Assembly: GCA_963813715.1 (NCBI GenBank)
Contig: CAWFAK010000013.1
Coordinates: forward strand, 77,523-141,522
Source of the DNA: an uncultured Planctomycetaceae bacterium
Lineage (GTDB): Bacteria; Planctomycetota; Planctomycetia; Planctomycetales; Planctomycetaceae
Direction: 5' to 3'
DNA: 64,000 nt
Below the pieces are notes generated by a model. The model was not told the origin of the DNA and made no database searches. It worked only from the letters and a program-made list of their open reading frames with translations. The translations under genes and the position numbers were made by a program. Positions 61,826 to 64,000 of the stretch are shown here, one piece after another (within the stretch, counting starts at the first letter, position 1; each line of letters opens with the position of its first letter).

Positions 61826-63896
61826 ATGACTGCCTTTCGTTCGCGCTCCGCACTTGCCGTCTGCTCGCTGATGGGGACCGCCGTCACGGTCAGCCTTGCC
61901 GGTTACGTTTGGGCGCAGCAACCGGCCGAGAACTGGCCGTTCGAAGAACACAATCAGGCGCCGGCTCCGGCCACGCAGCCGACGACACCGCCGCCGCAAA
62001 AATCGGTCGTGCAACAGCGGCTCGAAGAACTCTATCGCCGCGACAATCGACCGCTTCCCGATTACATGCGACAAGACGCCTCGAGCGATCAAGCGGCTCC
62101 GGCCCAGGCCGGCGGCTATCCGACCGCGGGCGACGTCGGCTCTATGCGGACCCAGCGCGAGGCCTCGCCTCCGGCGCAGGGAACCGTGCACCAGCAATTG
62201 TCCGACTACTATCAGAGCCAGGGCAAATCGATGCCGGTGCCGCAACGCGCGGGCGGCAGCTCGTCGACGGGCTCGACACAGAACTCGCCCTATCAGTCGG
62301 GCACGGCCAGTCAGCCGGGCCAGGCGACTGCCGCGCAGCCGGCCCAGGGCCACTGGTACGATCGCATCAATCCGTTCCATAAATCGACTCCGCCGGCGCA
62401 GCCGCAGAGCCAGGTCCAGTCGAGCGCCACGGTAAGCACGGCTGCGAGCGATGCCGATCACTCGGCGCCCGCCCCGCAAGGGTTCGCCCGCGTCACGTCG
62501 CCGACGGCCCCGGTCCAGGGATCGCCGGCAGTACTGACCGTGCAGGAGGCTTCTTCTCCGGAGGCCGCTCGCCTCGGCGGCATCGAAGTCGTTTGCGGCG
62601 ACCGATGCTCCGGGCCCTGTTGCTGCGCCCGTCGCCAAGTCGGGCAGCTTCTGGGGTGACTTGAGCCTGCGACGCGCCCCGTCGCAGCCGGCGGCCTCGC
62701 CCTTCCCCACGCCGATCGTGGTCGACCTCGGACCGGGCGCTCATCTGGTGCGGAAGTCGCAGTCTCCGGCATCGGCTCATCCGGACGCTGCCGCGCCCGT
62801 CGTGGCCGCTCACCCGGCACCCTCGAAAGTGAAGCTGGCCGTCGTGGACCCGGGCGCGATTGTCTCCTCGGCTGAGCCTCCTGTGGCTCCGGCTGCTCCG
62901 AAAGTGGCGGCCGCGAATGCCGTCGCCGACGAACCGGCGATGCCGTTCCTGTCCTCTTCCGAGGCGGACGCTGACCAAAAGACGTCGAGCGGTCCGTACA
63001 CCGGCTTGACCCTCGAGGACGAACAGAGCCAGCTCACTCCGCCGACGCCTGAAGCTAAGAGAACTGCCACGAGTTCGGCGACGCACGCGCCGGCCACCTC
63101 TGCGGCTGATACGCATCACGCCGATTCAGCGAAAAACGCATCGCCCGCTCCGCAGTCAAAGGAATCGTTGCCGGCCGACTCGCACGAGATCGCGGACCAC
63201 AATCCCGCGGCCAAGCCGACGCACGGTGCTTCGGCGCACTCAGTCGCGACCGACCACGAGCCGACTTCGTCGTCGGATCTGCAACAGCAGGCGAGCGACG
63301 AGCATAGTGAACCGAGCGGGCATAAGACGATCAGCGACGCTCCTGTCGCCGACGAACAGCCCGCCGTCACCCCGCGTCCGAGTGCGGCGCCGAATCATGT
63401 CGCCGACCAGCGTCCCGCGGCCGAGCAACACGTTGCGGCCGAGCACCATGCGGCCGGCGAGCAGCAAGCGGCGACTGAGCATCCGACGGCCAGCGCTCAC
63501 CCGCATCATTTGCAAACGGCGCGGGAGAAGGCGCGGCTCATTGAAGAGCGGGCCGGTCAGCGCGGCCTGAAAGGCTTCTGCCCGGTCGTGCTGCGTGATC
63601 AGCGCGAACTGGCCGACGTGAACCTGGCCTACTGCTCGATCTATCACGGACGCAAGTACTACTTCTCGTCGGCCGCGGCCGAGGCCCGCTTTGAGGCGTG
63701 CCCGCACAAATACGCCCCGATCGCCGGCGGAGTGGACGTCGTCGTCAAAACCAACAGCGACCAGGATGTCGAGGGATCGCTCGACTTCGCGCTGTGGTAC
63801 AAGGACCGCCTCTATCTTTTCTGCAGCCCCGAAAGCCTCCAGGCATTTTCTCTGAGCCCGACGGCTTACTCGGCTGCCGCTCAACGGATCGAGTAA
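61826..63896 (+). CDS. Secreted, largely disordered protein with C-terminal YHS-like domain(s) (frameshift near 62575)
   Basis: GAGGAG upstream; signal peptide ending VWA; long P/A/S/Q/H-rich linker; GLKGFCPVVL..YHGRKYYFSS..F...PHKYAP and YKDRLYLFCS..SLQAF..SP..Y. Confidence 0.75.
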
Positions 63897-63957
63897 TTCG
63901 CAGACGGTACGTTACGGAGGGAAGGGATCCCTCAAGACTTCCAGGGATCGGAAGATT

Positions 63958-63994
63958 GGCCCCGAGCGGAAGACCCAGCCGCTCGGGGCCTTTT
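63958..63994 (+). terminator. Intrinsic terminator
   Basis: GGCCCCGAGCGG-9 nt-CCGCTCGGGGCC followed by TTTT. Confidence 0.85.
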
Positions 63995-64000
63995 CGTTGC

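Overview
High-GC chromosomal segment from a planctomycete, judged by its DUF1501 genes, a PSD1/planctomycete cytochrome c gene, two PVC-type CxxCH heme proteins, and DUF4159 and DUF1571 genes. It holds about 45 genes. Core functions include pyrB, an aceE-aceF-lpdA-lhgO operon, scpB, panC, lgt, sppA and an ECF sigma factor. It also carries two autoregulated envelope modules (YtrA/GntR-ABC and PadR-membrane protein) with visible operators, a periplasmic redox block, a three-gene TPR-glycosyltransferase/GNAT/DegT cassette and two tandem secreted Gly/Tyr/Arg-rich proteins. Many genes, including essential ones, are split by single-base indels. I read these as long-read consensus errors and report the reconstructed genes. 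I found no rRNA, tRNA, CRISPR, transposase, integrase or reverse transcriptase. The least explained signals are: (i) a ~900 bp ORF-free repeat region at 58846-59718 with co-oriented GGGACGGGACAC repeats around a palindrome, a GGATCCCC module and a nested heptamer inverted array that recurs at 20030; (ii) a TPR domain inserted into Lgt; (iii) an in-phase 4x11 bp DnaA-box-like array over the panC stop; (iv) the glycosylation cassette; (v) the sigma54-preceded Gly/Tyr/Arg-rich proteins; (vi) a MoxR ATPase whose partner looks like a YehM-like/CoxE-like fusion without an intact MIDAS. Family names come from motif recognition, not database searches.
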